Positions 10,805 through 22,203 are shown, numbered from the stretch's first letter. The stretch is 64,000 nt of DNA from Alphaproteobacteria bacterium (GCA_030425805.1 JAUHZC010000002.1:90036-154035), one strand, 5' to 3'. The notes: generated by a model not told the origin, from the sequence alone. Translations and numbers: made by a program.

Positions 10805-11674
10805 TTAAAGCTTTTGTGAGAGAAGAACGACAAGAATTTTTTTCAAAAGCTGTAAGGTTTTTTGGCTCTGATCTTGAGAAAAATCATACCCTAAGACCTC
10901 AATGGCACAAAGCCGGGGGTCTCGGGCTATTTTCCGGAGAGGTTTTTCAAGGTCATAAAAAGAGATTCCCGACTCACCTGGAAAAAAAACACCGGGTGCC
11001 TCGAAAATATCAAATGCATTTAGCCCAATTGAAATTCCAAAGTCACCCTGCCCTCGGCTTGCAATCTTATGGGCCTTCTCTAGTGCACGGGACAACCCCT
11101 TGCGATTCACCTCTTCTAGTAAGATGGTTTGGATACCAGACGCTTCAGCAGCTTGCTTTTCCTCTTCTAGAAAAGTTTGCCCGCCAATAAGGCATATATT
11201 CTCAGGCTTGAATGTCTGGCCTTTGAGAAATGTTCCCTGCCCTAAAAGGTTTGTAATGACTTTTTGACAAAGTCGTTTTGGTATTGATTGTGTGGGGATT
11301 TCCAGGGAGAGCCGATTATCCAGCCAAATTAATCCTTCTATATTCTTTGGACAAAGAGCCGGCCATGTTCCCAGACTTGTGATACGGGCTTCCCCCAAGA
11401 TGAGAGGTAATTTCCCTTCAACCAACTCTTTTTTCAAAAGATTTCCCAAGCGACTATTCATATCTTGGACTAAACTTCTTTCTGTCTCATCCAAGACTGA
11501 ATCAGCGCCTGTTTCCGGAAGGATAGAGAAAACGTTCGCGACCCATTGCGCATCAACTCCGTGCTCTTCGAGTAGCTGTAAAACCTGGCTTTTGAGAAGG
11601 TCTTGAGAACCATTTCCGCCCCCATTTTTTTCCATCCAAGAATTGCCGACTCCAATGATTGATACAGACTTCAT
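10805..11674 (-). CDS. Arginase-fold protein with degenerate active site
   Basis: Ureohydrolase layout (IIG, PLILG, GLIWLD, PENICLIG, APG...GIS) and position upstream of rocD; metal ligands substituted. Confidence 0.75.
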   Translation of the reverse strand: MKSVSIIGVGNSWMEKNGGGNGSQDLLKSQVLQLLEEHGVDAQWVANVFSILPETGADSVLDETERSLVQDMNSRLGNLLKKELVEGKLPLILGEARITSLGTWPALCPKNIEGLIWLDNRLSLEIPTQSIPKRLCQKVITNLLGQGTFLKGQTFKPENICLIGGQTFLEEEKQAAEASGIQTILLEEVNRKGLSRALEKAHKIASRGQGDFGISIGLNAFDIFEAPGVFFPGESGISFYDLEKPLRKIARDPRLCAIEVLGYDFSQDQSQKTLQLLKKILVVLLSQKL

Positions 11675-11777
11675 TTTTTGAGCTTATCCAATTTTGATAA
11701 AATTTGAGTTAAATCAAAAAAAACGTGAATATCCTCTAAATATGCACTACCCTTATAATAAGGGTAAGGGATTAAAA

Positions 11778-14666
11778 ATGTTTGCACTGCGTCTTTTTAG
11801 TTATTTCTTGGGGGTTCTCCTTGTTGTCACGACCATTGCGCCTCGTGTCATCAGTTGGAATTTTCTTAAGCCCACCCTGGAGAAGGAGATGGTCTCATCT
11901 CTTGGAACGCCTGTTAAAATCAAGGGAGATATTCACCTCACGGCTCTCCCTCTGATTAGTGCTTCTGTTGAGAATATTGAGATTGTTGAGAAAAAATCTC
12001 CCACCGGCAATACCTTAATCAAGGGAAAAGTCAAAGAGGTTGAGCTTACCCTAAACCCTCTAACGCTACTCTTTTTCACCATTGCGCCTGATGTCCGTGT
12101 TGTCGGGCTTGAAGGGATGATGGACAGTGCTTTTCTAGATACTCTCCCAAAATCTAAGGAAGACAAGAAAGCGGCAGCAGAGGCTGCTAAAAAAGCTAAA
12201 GCAGAAGGTGAGAAAACAATTTATCAACAGCTCACGGACATTCGAGAAAAGGTCCCTCTTTTAAGCCGTGCACAACTTTACCTAGATTTGATTGATGTGA
12301 ATTTCGTCTACAAAGACAAAGCTTCTGAAACAGCTCTCCAAGATATGGATCTTCATCTCGAAATTAATGATATCCTGGGGCCATATAGCATTGAAGCAAC
12401 ACTTAGCAAAAGTGGTACACCCACAAGTGTAGAAGTTTCCCTTGCAGATCTAAACGCAGCAACACCCTCCTCTTTCTCCCTTGAGCTGGCTCAGGGAACT
12501 CTTCGTGCAGATGCAGGCGGAACCGTTAGTCTTGGCAAGAACATTGCTGTGAAGGCTGATTTCAAAGGCGGCTGGGATGCCTTGCCTGGCAAAGGCAAAA
12601 AAGTACAAAGCCTGCCTGTGACTTTCAGAGGAAAACTTGATGCCACCCCAGATGTTGTCAAAGGGGAAGTTACAGAGCTTAAGTTTGGAAAATCTGTAGG
12701 CACAGGAAAAATTAATCTGACTCTCTCTCCAACGATGAAAGGCCAAGTTAGCTTCAAAAAGCTTCCTGGAGATACATCTCTTGAGTTTGAATTGCTGCCC
12801 TCAAAATCGGTCAGCCGTGGAGATTTAACTTTTAAATCTGCCCGCCTCCAATCCTTCTTAGCGGCTCTGCCTGGATCTCCAAGTGTTTTGACAGAAGACC
12901 AATCGGCAGAAATCTCAGCAAAAGCTGTTTACAATCCAAAATCAAAGAAGCTTAATCTGGATCGCTTCAAAATTGAGATTGGCAAAGCTCAGGTCACAGG
13001 AGATGTTGATCTTGACCTCTCCAAAGGCATGAGAATTATTTACAATCTTAGCATACCTTCAGGTGGACAATGGGCTCATCTCTTTAACGCAGAGCACAAA
13101 CCAGCCCACCCTGGAAAGCTCCACCTTAAAGGAGATGCGACGAGTGCTGGCGGAGGATATGACATCAATGCAACCCTTAATCTCTATCCTGGTTCTGTAC
13201 GTATTGATGGCCTCTATGGGGGGCACCCAAATCCTCTTAATTTAAGCCTGACTTTTAAGACAGATGACCTTGGGGCTACGCTCACAAGCATCACAGGAGA
13301 CAATGGCGGCCAAGCTGGCCCTGTTGAGATCAAAACAAAGGTTGTGGGGTCTCCTAAAAAGTTTGACTTGAAAGAAACATCCTTTGATTTAGACATCACA
13401 GCCGTTAACACTGAGGGAAAATCTGATCTTTCCCTTGATATGACGAAAGCCAAGCCTGATGTTCAGGGGAGTGTGACCATTGAAAAATTGAGCTTTGGTG
13501 GTGGGAAAGCAGCAGCTAAGACCTCAAAGGCAAGTAACGATAATGAAAAAAAAAGCGATGCCAAGGAAGCCAAATCATCCCCCAAAGATTTGCCTAACAT
13601 GATCAAGGCTATCCCCGTTACTGGGAAAGTCACTCTTAAAGGCCCAACTGTTGCGAAAGCAGAAGGCCTTGAGATCAAGGGGCTTCAAGCCGTCCTGGCT
13701 TTAGGTTCTGACCTTGTTCATATCCAGTCTATCGGAGGGACTATTGGAAAAGGAACCCTCTCCGGCTCAGGAAAGCTCTTTGCCTCACAGCCTGGAAACT
13801 ATCTGAAACTCCAAGGAAAAGACCTTCCCCTTGGAGATATTGTGAGCAAGCTTTCTGGGCAGGAATTGCTAACCGGCATTCCCACGAATGTCAACATTGA
13901 CCTAAAATCCCCCAAAGGACATCACCCTCTTGCCTTCATGGAACACGGCTCTGGTGTCATCAAAATTGATGGCGGAAAAGGAACTGTGTCTTCTCCAAAG
14001 GTTGTCGCTATCTGTCCCTTGATTAACCTTGCTGGCTCCAAAAATCTCCTTCCTGGAGGAAGCAATGATAAGAAAAACATTGGGAATATCTGCTCTGGGG
14101 AACCCTCAACGCTAGATAGTCTAAATGTAGACATGAAGCTAACTAAAGGAAAAGGCGTACTTTCCAAGGCACAGGCCAAGTCTAGTTTTGCAGACGTAGA
14201 CTTTAAAGGAGATGTAGACTTTGTGAAAAAAGCAGTCAACATGACCGGAGAATATAACGTGAAGCTTATTAAAAACCTTCCTCCTGTCCCCGCAAAACTT
14301 CATGGGCCTTTTGACAATCTTACCCATGAAATGGATACGGCCGGTCTTGCAATGAAGCTTGCAGGGTCTCAAATTGCAGGGCAACTTGGCCTTGATCTTT
14401 CAGGAGATAATCCTGGGGAGCTCCTGAGTGGAAGCCTTTCAAAATTTGCAGGAAAAGGTGTTCCTGGCCTTGGAGCTATTACAGGAATATTCTCTGGTGA
14501 TGGCGATGCAAAAGGTGCTGTTGGCGATATCATTGGAAATGCTGTTGGTGGACCAGTAGGTGGCGCCATTATTTCCGGCATTTTTGGTGCCATCACAGGC
14601 GGCAGCAAAAAAGGCGATAATGATAACAAAGAAGAAGAGAAGAAAGACGCTTCTGAAAAGAAGTAA
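11778..14666 (+). CDS. AsmA-family (beta-groove) envelope protein
   Basis: N-terminal TM then PRVISWNFLKPTLEKEMVSSLGTPVKIKGDIHL (AsmA N-terminus), long beta-rich body; likely start ATG 11778 after AAGGG. Confidence 0.75.
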   Translation: MFALRLFSYFLGVLLVVTTIAPRVISWNFLKPTLEKEMVSSLGTPVKIKGDIHLTALPLISASVENIEIVEKKSPTGNTLIKGKVKEVELTLNPLTLLFFTIAPDVRVVGLEGMMDSAFLDTLPKSKEDKKAAAEAAKKAKAEGEKTIYQQLTDIREKVPLLSRAQLYLDLIDVNFVYKDKASETALQDMDLHLEINDILGPYSIEATLSKSGTPTSVEVSLADLNAATPSSFSLELAQGTLRADAGGTVSLGKNIAVKADFKGGWDALPGKGKKVQSLPVTFRGKLDATPDVVKGEVTELKFGKSVGTGKINLTLSPTMKGQVSFKKLPGDTSLEFELLPSKSVSRGDLTFKSARLQSFLAALPGSPSVLTEDQSAEISAKAVYNPKSKKLNLDRFKIEIGKAQVTGDVDLDLSKGMRIIYNLSIPSGGQWAHLFNAEHKPAHPGKLHLKGDATSAGGGYDINATLNLYPGSVRIDGLYGGHPNPLNLSLTFKTDDLGATLTSITGDNGGQAGPVEIKTKVVGSPKKFDLKETSFDLDITAVNTEGKSDLSLDMTKAKPDVQGSVTIEKLSFGGGKAAAKTSKASNDNEKKSDAKEAKSSPKDLPNMIKAIPVTGKVTLKGPTVAKAEGLEIKGLQAVLALGSDLVHIQSIGGTIGKGTLSGSGKLFASQPGNYLKLQGKDLPLGDIVSKLSGQELLTGIPTNVNIDLKSPKGHHPLAFMEHGSGVIKIDGGKGTVSSPKVVAICPLINLAGSKNLLPGGSNDKKNIGNICSGEPSTLDSLNVDMKLTKGKGVLSKAQAKSSFADVDFKGDVDFVKKAVNMTGEYNVKLIKNLPPVPAKLHGPFDNLTHEMDTAGLAMKLAGSQIAGQLGLDLSGDNPGELLSGSLSKFAGKGVPGLGAITGIFSGDGDAKGAVGDIIGNAVGGPVGGAIISGIFGAITGGSKKGDNDNKEEEKKDASEKK

Positions 14667-14683
14667 GGCCTTTGCTCAGCAGG

Positions 14684-15499
14684 TTACAACAACAAACTCT
14701 TTATGGGGTGTATCCGCTCTTTGTCAGTGATAAGAGCCTTCATGCGTTTTGCATTAGGGCTTACACCGCCACCTCGTGTCGGATGGTAAAGATGAAGCAC
14801 AGGAGACCCTTGATTAATTGTCTTACGCTTAATCCCAGAGCGAATAAGCCGAAGGAAAAAATCAGAATCTTCGAACCCATGCCCCTCATAGGTTTCATCA
14901 AATCCGCCAATTTTTAGAATATCTTTTCGAAAAACGCCAAAATGGCATCCCTCAACACCTTGCCAATTATCTTGATTTTCCCAAATTTTCTTTTCGCTTT
15001 GACCAAAATCTATCAACAAAAATGGTCGCGATCCAGCACCCAAAGCGATAACAGGAAACAAGCGCCATGTTCCCCATTGAGAAAAATGCATATCATTTCT
15101 GAAAGCAAATTCAGTAGCCCACTTGCGCATGTAGATGCGCTTTCCAGAAATAAAAGCCCCCTTTGCAGCTGTACGTCTATGGGTCTGGATGAAATCTGGC
15201 CGAACACAACAATCCCCATCGATGAAGATCACATATTCTCCTGAAGTCTTTTGAATGCCATTGTTTCGAGATCTGGATAAACGGAACCCCTTATCCTCTT
15301 GCCAAGCATGTTTTAGTGGAACAGGGGAAGTCTTCCGTAGATTTTCGATGAGCTGCCGGGTCTCAGCCCGGGAGCCATCATCAGCCACAACAATTTCAAA
15401 GTTCTGATCTGTTTGCGCGAACAAAGAAAGAAGAACAAACGAAAGAGCCTTCGGCCAATTGTATGTTGTTACAATAACCGAGATTAGCCCACTTCCCAT
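14684..15499 (-). CDS. GT2 family glycosyltransferase
   Basis: ISVIVTTYNW, ADDGS, FIDGDC, GGFDETYEGHGFEDSD. Confidence 0.92.
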   Translation of the reverse strand: MGSGLISVIVTTYNWPKALSFVLLSLFAQTDQNFEIVVADDGSRAETRQLIENLRKTSPVPLKHAWQEDKGFRLSRSRNNGIQKTSGEYVIFIDGDCCVRPDFIQTHRRTAAKGAFISGKRIYMRKWATEFAFRNDMHFSQWGTWRLFPVIALGAGSRPFLLIDFGQSEKKIWENQDNWQGVEGCHFGVFRKDILKIGGFDETYEGHGFEDSDFFLRLIRSGIKRKTINQGSPVLHLYHPTRGGGVSPNAKRMKALITDKERIHPIKSLLL

Positions 15500-15501
15500 G
15501 C

Positions 15502-16998
15502 TTATCCCTTTTTCTTCAAGGTTGGGAAAGCAATCACATCCCGAATACTTGGGGAGGCCGTGAGAAGCATAATCATACGATCAATACCAATGCCCATGCC
15601 GCCTGTAGGGGGCATACCATATTCAAGCGCGGTCAGAAAATCTTCGTCCATCCGTTGAGCTTCTTCATCCCCGGCTTCCCGCTCTTTGACCTGTGCCTCA
15701 AATCGGTGACGCTGGTCAATAGGATCTGTGAGCTCAGAAAAAGCATTCGCAACTTCCCAAGCATTCACAAATGTCTCGAAACGACGTGTAAGACGAGGAT
15801 CTTCCTCATGTGCACGGGCCAAAGGAGAAACATCCAAAGGCATATCCATCACATGAGTCGGCTGAATAAGCTTTTCTTCAACTTTCTCCTCAAAGACCTT
15901 GAGCATTAACTTACCCCAGGTATCTGTTTTTTCAACATGAACACCTACAGACTTTGCAGCCTCAGCAGCAGCCTCATCACCATCAAGACTGAGGAAGTCG
16001 ATGCCTGTCTCTTCTTCTACAAGCTGTGCCATAGTCACCCGTCGCCAAGGTTTCCCAAAATCAATAAGATGCTCGCCAAACTGGACTTCAGTTTTACCCA
16101 AAACATCCTTTGCAGCAGAGACAAAAATCTCTTCTGCCAAGTCCATCATGTCTTCATAGTTGGCATAAGCCTGATAGAGTTCCATCATCGTGAACTCAGG
16201 ATTATGACGCACAGAAATACCCTCATTCCGGAAGCATCGGTTAATCTCAAAGACTTTTTCAGCCAAACCACCCACAACCAGACGCTTCAGATAGAGTTCT
16301 GGCGCAATCTTGAGATAAAACTCCTGATCAAGGGCATTATGGTGCGTCATGAAAGGCCGCGCAGAAGCTCCTCCAGGAATGGGATGCAACATGGGTGTTT
16401 CCACCTCAACAAAGCCTTTATCCACCAAAAGATGTCGGATATGGCTAATGATATTTGCCCGTGTTAAGAGCGTCTTTTGACTCTCTTCATTCATGATCAA
16501 GTCGAGATACCGTTGACGATAGCGGACTTCAACATCTGTGAGCCCGTGGTACTTCTCGGGTAATGGCAACAAAGTTTTCGTGAGTAACGTTACCTCGAGA
16601 GCATTCACGGTGATCTCCCCCCGTGGTGTCCGGCGCACAAGGCCACGAACCCCAATAAGGTCTCCAAGATCCAGATTCTTAACCAGCTTTAGTTGCTCTT
16701 CATCAAGCTGAGACTTGTGGCAAAAAACTTGGACACGCCCATCTGGGCCTGCAACATCCATAAACATGCCAGAATTACGATACGCCTTTACACGGCCTGC
16801 AATCGTAACTTCATCTTCTGTTTCTTGGCCGCTTTCAAGATGAGCATAGTTCTTATGGATATCATCCATATCATGAAGGCGCTTAAACGTGCTGGGATAA
16901 GGTTCAACACCCATCTCCCGAATCGCTTCAAGCTTTGCTAAGCGGCTTTCCCGCTGAGGATTATCAGAAACAGTGTTTTGTACGGCAGCCTCAGTCAT
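15502..16998 (-). CDS. lysS: Lysine--tRNA ligase (class II)
   Basis: YRQRYLDL, FRNEGIS..HNPEFT, YGMPPTGGMGIGIDR. Confidence 0.97.
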   Translation of the reverse strand: MTEAAVQNTVSDNPQRESRLAKLEAIREMGVEPYPSTFKRLHDMDDIHKNYAHLESGQETEDEVTIAGRVKAYRNSGMFMDVAGPDGRVQVFCHKSQLDEEQLKLVKNLDLGDLIGVRGLVRRTPRGEITVNALEVTLLTKTLLPLPEKYHGLTDVEVRYRQRYLDLIMNEESQKTLLTRANIISHIRHLLVDKGFVEVETPMLHPIPGGASARPFMTHHNALDQEFYLKIAPELYLKRLVVGGLAEKVFEINRCFRNEGISVRHNPEFTMMELYQAYANYEDMMDLAEEIFVSAAKDVLGKTEVQFGEHLIDFGKPWRRVTMAQLVEEETGIDFLSLDGDEAAAEAAKSVGVHVEKTDTWGKLMLKVFEEKVEEKLIQPTHVMDMPLDVSPLARAHEEDPRLTRRFETFVNAWEVANAFSELTDPIDQRHRFEAQVKEREAGDEEAQRMDEDFLTALEYGMPPTGGMGIGIDRMIMLLTASPSIRDVIAFPTLKKKG

Positions 16999-17001
16999 AA
17001 T

Positions 17002-17583
17002 TTAGCGCTCCATCAAACGGGGATATGCCAAACGCACAATGCTACTTGTGATAACAACCTTCAAGAGAGACGGTGCCAACAACCCAAGGGTCACATTCCA
17101 CGCTATTTTTGGACTAAAGAGATAACCTAACCAAGCTGCTCCCATAAACTGGAGCACGGAACAACCAAGGAGAGAAATTCCCAAGATCGCCCAGAAGTTC
17201 CGGGGGCGAAAATGCTCCATCAAGGATCCAGAAATACAGGCCCCAACAAGAAAACCAAGGAGGTATCCCCCAGTTGGACCAACCATGTAAGCAAGACCAA
17301 TTCCCCGCTCTGGTGTGCTCTGGAATACAGGAAGCCCCATTGCCCCTTCAGCAAGGTACAACAAGACAGCTGCTCCACCGATCCGAGGACCTAGCAACAT
17401 ACCCATCATGACAGCCACTTGAGGTTGGAAGGAAAGTTTCACAATTCCTGTGGGAACTTGAATTTTGGCTGAAATATAAAGAATGAGAGACCCTAGAAAA
17501 ACCATCAGTGTTTTCAAGAGAAGCTGTTTCTGTACGAAAACGTCACGGTTTTCCATCACAAGCGCTTTGATTGTTTTTGCCAT
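17002..17583 (-). CDS. bioY: Biotin transporter BioY
   Basis: YLAEGAMGLPVF, GPTGGYLLGF. Confidence 0.92.
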   Translation of the reverse strand: MAKTIKALVMENRDVFVQKQLLLKTLMVFLGSLILYISAKIQVPTGIVKLSFQPQVAVMMGMLLGPRIGGAAVLLYLAEGAMGLPVFQSTPERGIGLAYMVGPTGGYLLGFLVGACISGSLMEHFRPRNFWAILGISLLGCSVLQFMGAAWLGYLFSPKIAWNVTLGLLAPSLLKVVITSSIVRLAYPRLMER

Positions 17584-17598
17584 CTTATAAAACCTCTT

Positions 17599-19857
17599 TT
17601 ATTTCGCAATAACTGCGTTAAATTTGTTTGACCGCGGAAATCCTGGAGGAGCAAACCGCCCTTGAGAAGCCCGGTGTGCCATCCAAGGCGCCAAATCCTT
17701 TTCATCTAATGAAATGGATTGTCCTCGCCACAATTTCCCCTCATTCATAGAGAATATTTTAGCGTCTGACAAGCCGCCATCCTTAAACCGTTGTAAAATA
17801 ACGCCTTTTCCACGGTTTACGAGAGGCACTTCTTCAACAGCAAAGATCAACATCCGGCGATTCTCTCCCACCGTTGCCACATGGGATCCCTCCACCCTTT
17901 CAAAGACGATCAACTCATCACCTGCATCAAGGTTCACAAGCCGTTTCCCAGCCCTGGTTTGAGTGACAAGGTTGGAGGCTTCCACCCGGAATCCCCGACC
18001 TTTGTGAGTTGCAACAAACCATTGTTCTTCTGGCTCTTCCTCTGGGGCCTTAGGTTTTGGAAGCCACATAGCAAGCGGCGTAATTTCCCGCCCCGCTTTC
18101 AGTAAGAGCCCCAGTGGTTCTCCTTGAGAACGTCCACCCGGAAGCTCACCCACAGCTAAACTAAAGACGTATCCCTGAGGCTCAATCAAATGAAGACGTT
18201 GGTTTGTGTAAGCATTCAAAGCGAACACCCACTCTTCACTCCCCTCATGCTTATCAGCCTCATGTCCTTTGACAACTTTTACCCATGCCTTTGGACTCAC
18301 CAAAATTGTGACAGGCTCTTTCACTTGGTTCAGAACCTCTGCTGTGAGAGAAACAGATTCAGCCTCTTCAATCACTGTACGGCGTTTATCCCCAAAGGTC
18401 TTGACCATTTCCTCAAGATCTTCTGCCATTTTTTGAGATTGAAGCCCCGCATCTGCAACAAGAGTCTTGAGTTCTTTTTGGGTTTTCAGAAGGTCTTTCT
18501 GCTCTGCATCCAAAGCCTCTTCTTCAAGCTTGCGTAACGCCCGCAAGCGCGTATTCAAAATAGCTTCTGCCTGGATCTGGCTGAGGGGAAAACGCTCCAT
18601 CAGCTTTGATTTGGGGTCATCACTCGTCCGGATGATATGAATAATTTCATCCAAATGGTTAAAGATCAGCAGCAAGCCCTCTAGGATATGCAGACGCTCC
18701 GCAATCTTCTCTAAGCGGTACTGAGCCCGGCGAACCAAAACTTCCCGTCGGTGATTCAAGAAAGCCTGAAGCAATCCCCGAATTCCCATGACCTGGGGAA
18801 CTGTATCTTTTGTCAGAACGTTTAAGTTCACACCAAAAGAAAGTTCAAGATCTGTTGCCTGGAACAGGCTTGCCATCAAATGCTCTGGCTGAACAGTCCG
18901 AGCCCGAGGGACAAGCACGAGGCGGATATGCTCTTCACTCTCGTCTCGAATATCTCCCAAAAGGGGAAGCTTCTTTTCCTCAAGAAGCTCTGCAATCCGG
19001 GCAACAAGACGTGATTTTTGGGTTTGGAAAGGGATTTCAGTAATGATAATCTCATAGGCCCCACCCTTTTGTTTTTCCACGTCCCATTTTGCACGAACTT
19101 TCAAGCTCCCGCGGCCAGTCTCATAAACATTTTCGATATGGGACTTTGCATCAATTAAGGTTCCCCCCGTTGGGAAATCTGGACCCTTAATCTTGGACAT
19201 TATCTTTTTCGTTGTTGCTTCAGGATTTTCAAGAAGCACAAGCGCACCCTGGATCACTTCCTTAAGGTTATGCGGGGGAATATTTGTTGCCATTCCCACA
19301 GCCACACCCGCAGACCCATTACACAAAAGATTTGGCACAGGACCCGGAAGCACCACTGGCTCCTCTCCATTAGAAGTCGCTGTGGGGCGAAACAGCACAG
19401 CATCCTCTTCAATACCACGAAGCATGGCTTCCCCATAAGGACTCAGGCGGGCTTCCGTGTACCGAAAAGCAGCGGGGCCATCCCCATCAATAGAACCAAA
19501 GTTCCCCTGTCCCTCAATCAAAGGATAACGGCTGGAGAAATCCTGAGCCATGCGCACCAGAGCCTCGTAGATCGGCGTATCCCCATGGGGGTGATACTTC
19601 CGCATCACATTCCCAAGAGCATCTGCAGATTTACGGAAAGGTTTAGAAGCCGTATTTCCGCCCTCATACATGGCGTAGATAATGCGGCGCTGCACAGGCT
19701 TAAGCCCATCACGCACATCCGGCAAAGACCGACTCGAAATCGTTGAGAGGGCATAGGAAAGGTAACGCTCTTTAAGCGCATCCTGGAAGGAAACTTCTTG
19801 GATTTGCCCACCAGAAGGAGGGATATTATCGGTGCTTACGGCCTTTTTCTTAGACAT
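17599..19857 (-). CDS. parC: DNA topoisomerase IV subunit A
   Basis: [30 protein letters not shown]; short CTD without a GyrA box. Confidence 0.95.
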   Translation of the reverse strand: MSKKKAVSTDNIPPSGGQIQEVSFQDALKERYLSYALSTISSRSLPDVRDGLKPVQRRIIYAMYEGGNTASKPFRKSADALGNVMRKYHPHGDTPIYEALVRMAQDFSSRYPLIEGQGNFGSIDGDGPAAFRYTEARLSPYGEAMLRGIEEDAVLFRPTATSNGEEPVVLPGPVPNLLCNGSAGVAVGMATNIPPHNLKEVIQGALVLLENPEATTKKIMSKIKGPDFPTGGTLIDAKSHIENVYETGRGSLKVRAKWDVEKQKGGAYEIIITEIPFQTQKSRLVARIAELLEEKKLPLLGDIRDESEEHIRLVLVPRARTVQPEHLMASLFQATDLELSFGVNLNVLTKDTVPQVMGIRGLLQAFLNHRREVLVRRAQYRLEKIAERLHILEGLLLIFNHLDEIIHIIRTSDDPKSKLMERFPLSQIQAEAILNTRLRALRKLEEEALDAEQKDLLKTQKELKTLVADAGLQSQKMAEDLEEMVKTFGDKRRTVIEEAESVSLTAEVLNQVKEPVTILVSPKAWVKVVKGHEADKHEGSEEWVFALNAYTNQRLHLIEPQGYVFSLAVGELPGGRSQGEPLGLLLKAGREITPLAMWLPKPKAPEEEPEEQWFVATHKGRGFRVEASNLVTQTRAGKRLVNLDAGDELIVFERVEGSHVATVGENRRMLIFAVEEVPLVNRGKGVILQRFKDGGLSDAKIFSMNEGKLWRGQSISLDEKDLAPWMAHRASQGRFAPPGFPRSNKFNAVIAK

Positions 19858-20570
19858 TCCTGATACAACTTTTCAAAACGCTGTCTCGCAGGAGGCAATT
19901 CATTCCCTCCCTGATGCAAGATCAGATGTTTTAAAAAATACCCTGTAAGGCCTAGTCCTTGCAAGAGTTCATCTGCTTTTGGTGCCTCTTTTTCTATATT
20001 TTTTACCAAAAATGCCGGTAAAGGCAGCAATTTTTCTGCATAGGGCGCCCCAGCTTCCCGACTCACAGCCCGAGCTGTGCGGGGAGAAACGTAAATGAGA
20101 TCCTCTTGCTGGCCTGTGCTGGCACATTTTTCAAGGCTCAGGCCAAAACCCAATTCCCGCAAAACAAGCAATTCAACCTGAATCAGCCGACCAATCCAAT
20201 CCGGCGACTCCAGGTGGTCGAAAAAATCCTGCACGCCCTCCCAAATCCTGAGATAAGGATGTCCTTCAGGAAGCACGATGCTCAATAACCCCAACAAACT
20301 CGACAAAGCCCCCAGGCGCAAGGGATCATCCATATAGATCAAGCAAGGGTTTCCATGATACTCAAACTGGAATTTTCCGAGATGCTGAGAAAGGCGTGCC
20401 CGCCACGTAAACTCCCCAAGTGCCCCAATCTGACAGAGGGCAACTTCTTTTTTAGTGGGGCGGAACCACCCTTTAGCTAGTCCCTGACCGGGTGTAAAAA
20501 TGGTCAAGAGAAGTCCTGACTCCCCTTGTTTTCTGGCTGAGAGCAGTAAACCTTGATCCCGCCATTCCAT
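19836..20570 (-). CDS. recO: DNA repair protein RecO
   Basis: [30 protein letters not shown]. Confidence 0.95.
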   Translation of the reverse strand: MEWRDQGLLLSARKQGESGLLLTIFTPGQGLAKGWFRPTKKEVALCQIGALGEFTWRARLSQHLGKFQFEYHGNPCLIYMDDPLRLGALSSLLGLLSIVLPEGHPYLRIWEGVQDFFDHLESPDWIGRLIQVELLVLRELGFGLSLEKCASTGQQEDLIYVSPRTARAVSREAGAPYAEKLLPLPAFLVKNIEKEAPKADELLQGLGLTGYFLKHLILHQGGNELPPARQRFEKLYQECLRKRP

Positions 20571-20575
20571 CCGAA

Positions 20576-21502
20576 TTAATCCTCAAGGTTATTAAAACGC
20601 TCAAGCCCAAGAGCATCGAGGCCCTCCCGGGCTTCTTTCCAGTTAGGCTTAACCTTCACGTGAAGAAAGAGGGAGACTTTGCACCCCAACTCGTCTCTCA
20701 TCCGATGCCGGGCAGTGGTTCCGATCTTTTTCACCTTTTCCCCACCCTTGCCTAAGACCATAGACTTATGAGCCTGTCGTTCGATGTAAATCACCTGGTG
20801 AACTTTAATTCCAGAGGCCGTTTCTTCCCAAGCCTCTGTTTCAACTGTGAGCCCATAGGGCAACTCTTGGTGCAAATGCTCAAAGAGAACTTCCCGTGTA
20901 ATCTCAGCAGCCCACACCCGGGTCGGCAGGTCTGTGACTTGTTCGGGATCAAAATGCCACTGCCCTTCTGGCAAAACCTTTTTCAACGCTGCAACCACAT
21001 CTGCGACACCATCCCCATTCAAAGCTGAGATCATAAAGACCTCATCAAAATTCTTTCCTTCAGGGCAGAGGCTGAGGAGGGATTGAGTCACATCTAGAAG
21101 TTTCTCTTTTTGGAGTTTATCCGTTTTGTTTAAGACTAAGAAAATTTTCTGATTTGCTTGAAAGGCTAAATTCACCAAACGCTCTACCCCTTCAACAGGT
21201 GCAGACGCATCGATCAAGAGGAGAATCATGTCTCCTTCACCAACAGCCTGGCGGGCTGTGGAAACCAATTGCCCTTCAAAGCCTTTTCGGGGTTCAAACA
21301 CACCTGGTGTATCCACAAAAGCAATCTGCGTCTCTTCTTCTGTGAGAATCCCGAGAAGGCGACGACGAGTCGTTTGAACTTTGTGAGTTACAATGGAAAC
21401 CTTCTGCCCAAGAATCTGGTTCAAGAGCGTAGATTTTCCTGCATTCGTTTTTCCCACAATGGTCACAAATGCAAATTTCTGGGAGGCCTGATTTTGGCTC
21501 AT
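20576..21502 (-). CDS. era: GTPase Era
   Basis: GKTNAGKSTL, DTPG, NKTD, KH domain. Confidence 0.96.
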   Translation of the reverse strand: MSQNQASQKFAFVTIVGKTNAGKSTLLNQILGQKVSIVTHKVQTTRRRLLGILTEEETQIAFVDTPGVFEPRKGFEGQLVSTARQAVGEGDMILLLIDASAPVEGVERLVNLAFQANQKIFLVLNKTDKLQKEKLLDVTQSLLSLCPEGKNFDEVFMISALNGDGVADVVAALKKVLPEGQWHFDPEQVTDLPTRVWAAEITREVLFEHLHQELPYGLTVETEAWEETASGIKVHQVIYIERQAHKSMVLGKGGEKVKKIGTTARHRMRDELGCKVSLFLHVKVKPNWKEAREGLDALGLERFNNLED

Positions 21503-22197
21503 GAATTTTCCTTTTTCAACTGGGCCAGCAGATCCTGCGCCCCGGCAAGCTCTGCCTGTTTCTTGTTCCCTGCCGTGCGAGTGATCATCACCTTGTCTTG
21601 TACAGAGATAGACACTGTAACTTCTGGCGCATGGTCTGGCCCTGTCATATTCTCAATTTTATAAGTTGGCAAGCCTTTCTTATGGGCTTGCAGCCATTCC
21701 TGCAAAGCTGTTTTTGGGTCCTGGGGCACATCTTGGCCCAGCTCCACAAATTGGGGATCCCACAAACGCAGGATCAGACGTTCAACCGCCCCATACCCCT
21801 TATCCAAAAAGACGGCACCCAAAACCGCCTCCATCACATCGGCCATCACGGAGGCTTGTTTGTGGGTTCCTTGAGCCCCTTCTCCTCGGGAAACACGGAT
21901 ATAGCGATCCAGGTTGATTTCTTGAGCCACTTGATGCAACGCCTCTTTTCGCACCAAATGGGTGTGGCGTTTTGCAAGATCTCCTTCATCACTTTCTGGA
22001 AATTGCACCACCACCCAATGGCTAATGACTAAAGCTAGGGCCCGATCTCCCAGGAATTCAAGATTCTCATATGTCGCTGCCCGATTCGCAGTAGAGGCAT
22101 GGGTCAAGGCCTGTTGGAGAAGTTCAGGCTTCCCAAACTTCACGCCCAAGACTTTTTCCAAATAGGGTACCTGAGAAGGAGAGGTCTCTACCATCAT
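21499..22197 (-). CDS. rnc: Ribonuclease III
   Basis: YENLEFLGD, dsRBD DPKTALQEW. Confidence 0.96.
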   Translation of the reverse strand: MMVETSPSQVPYLEKVLGVKFGKPELLQQALTHASTANRAATYENLEFLGDRALALVISHWVVVQFPESDEGDLAKRHTHLVRKEALHQVAQEINLDRYIRVSRGEGAQGTHKQASVMADVMEAVLGAVFLDKGYGAVERLILRLWDPQFVELGQDVPQDPKTALQEWLQAHKKGLPTYKIENMTGPDHAPEVTVSISVQDKVMITRTAGNKKQAELAGAQDLLAQLKKENS

Positions 22198-22203
22198 GCC
22201 CCC

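Noticed and set aside
15502-16998. Class II LysRS in an alphaproteobacterium
   Set aside because: Both classes occur in Alphaproteobacteria; novelty cannot be argued without a phylogeny
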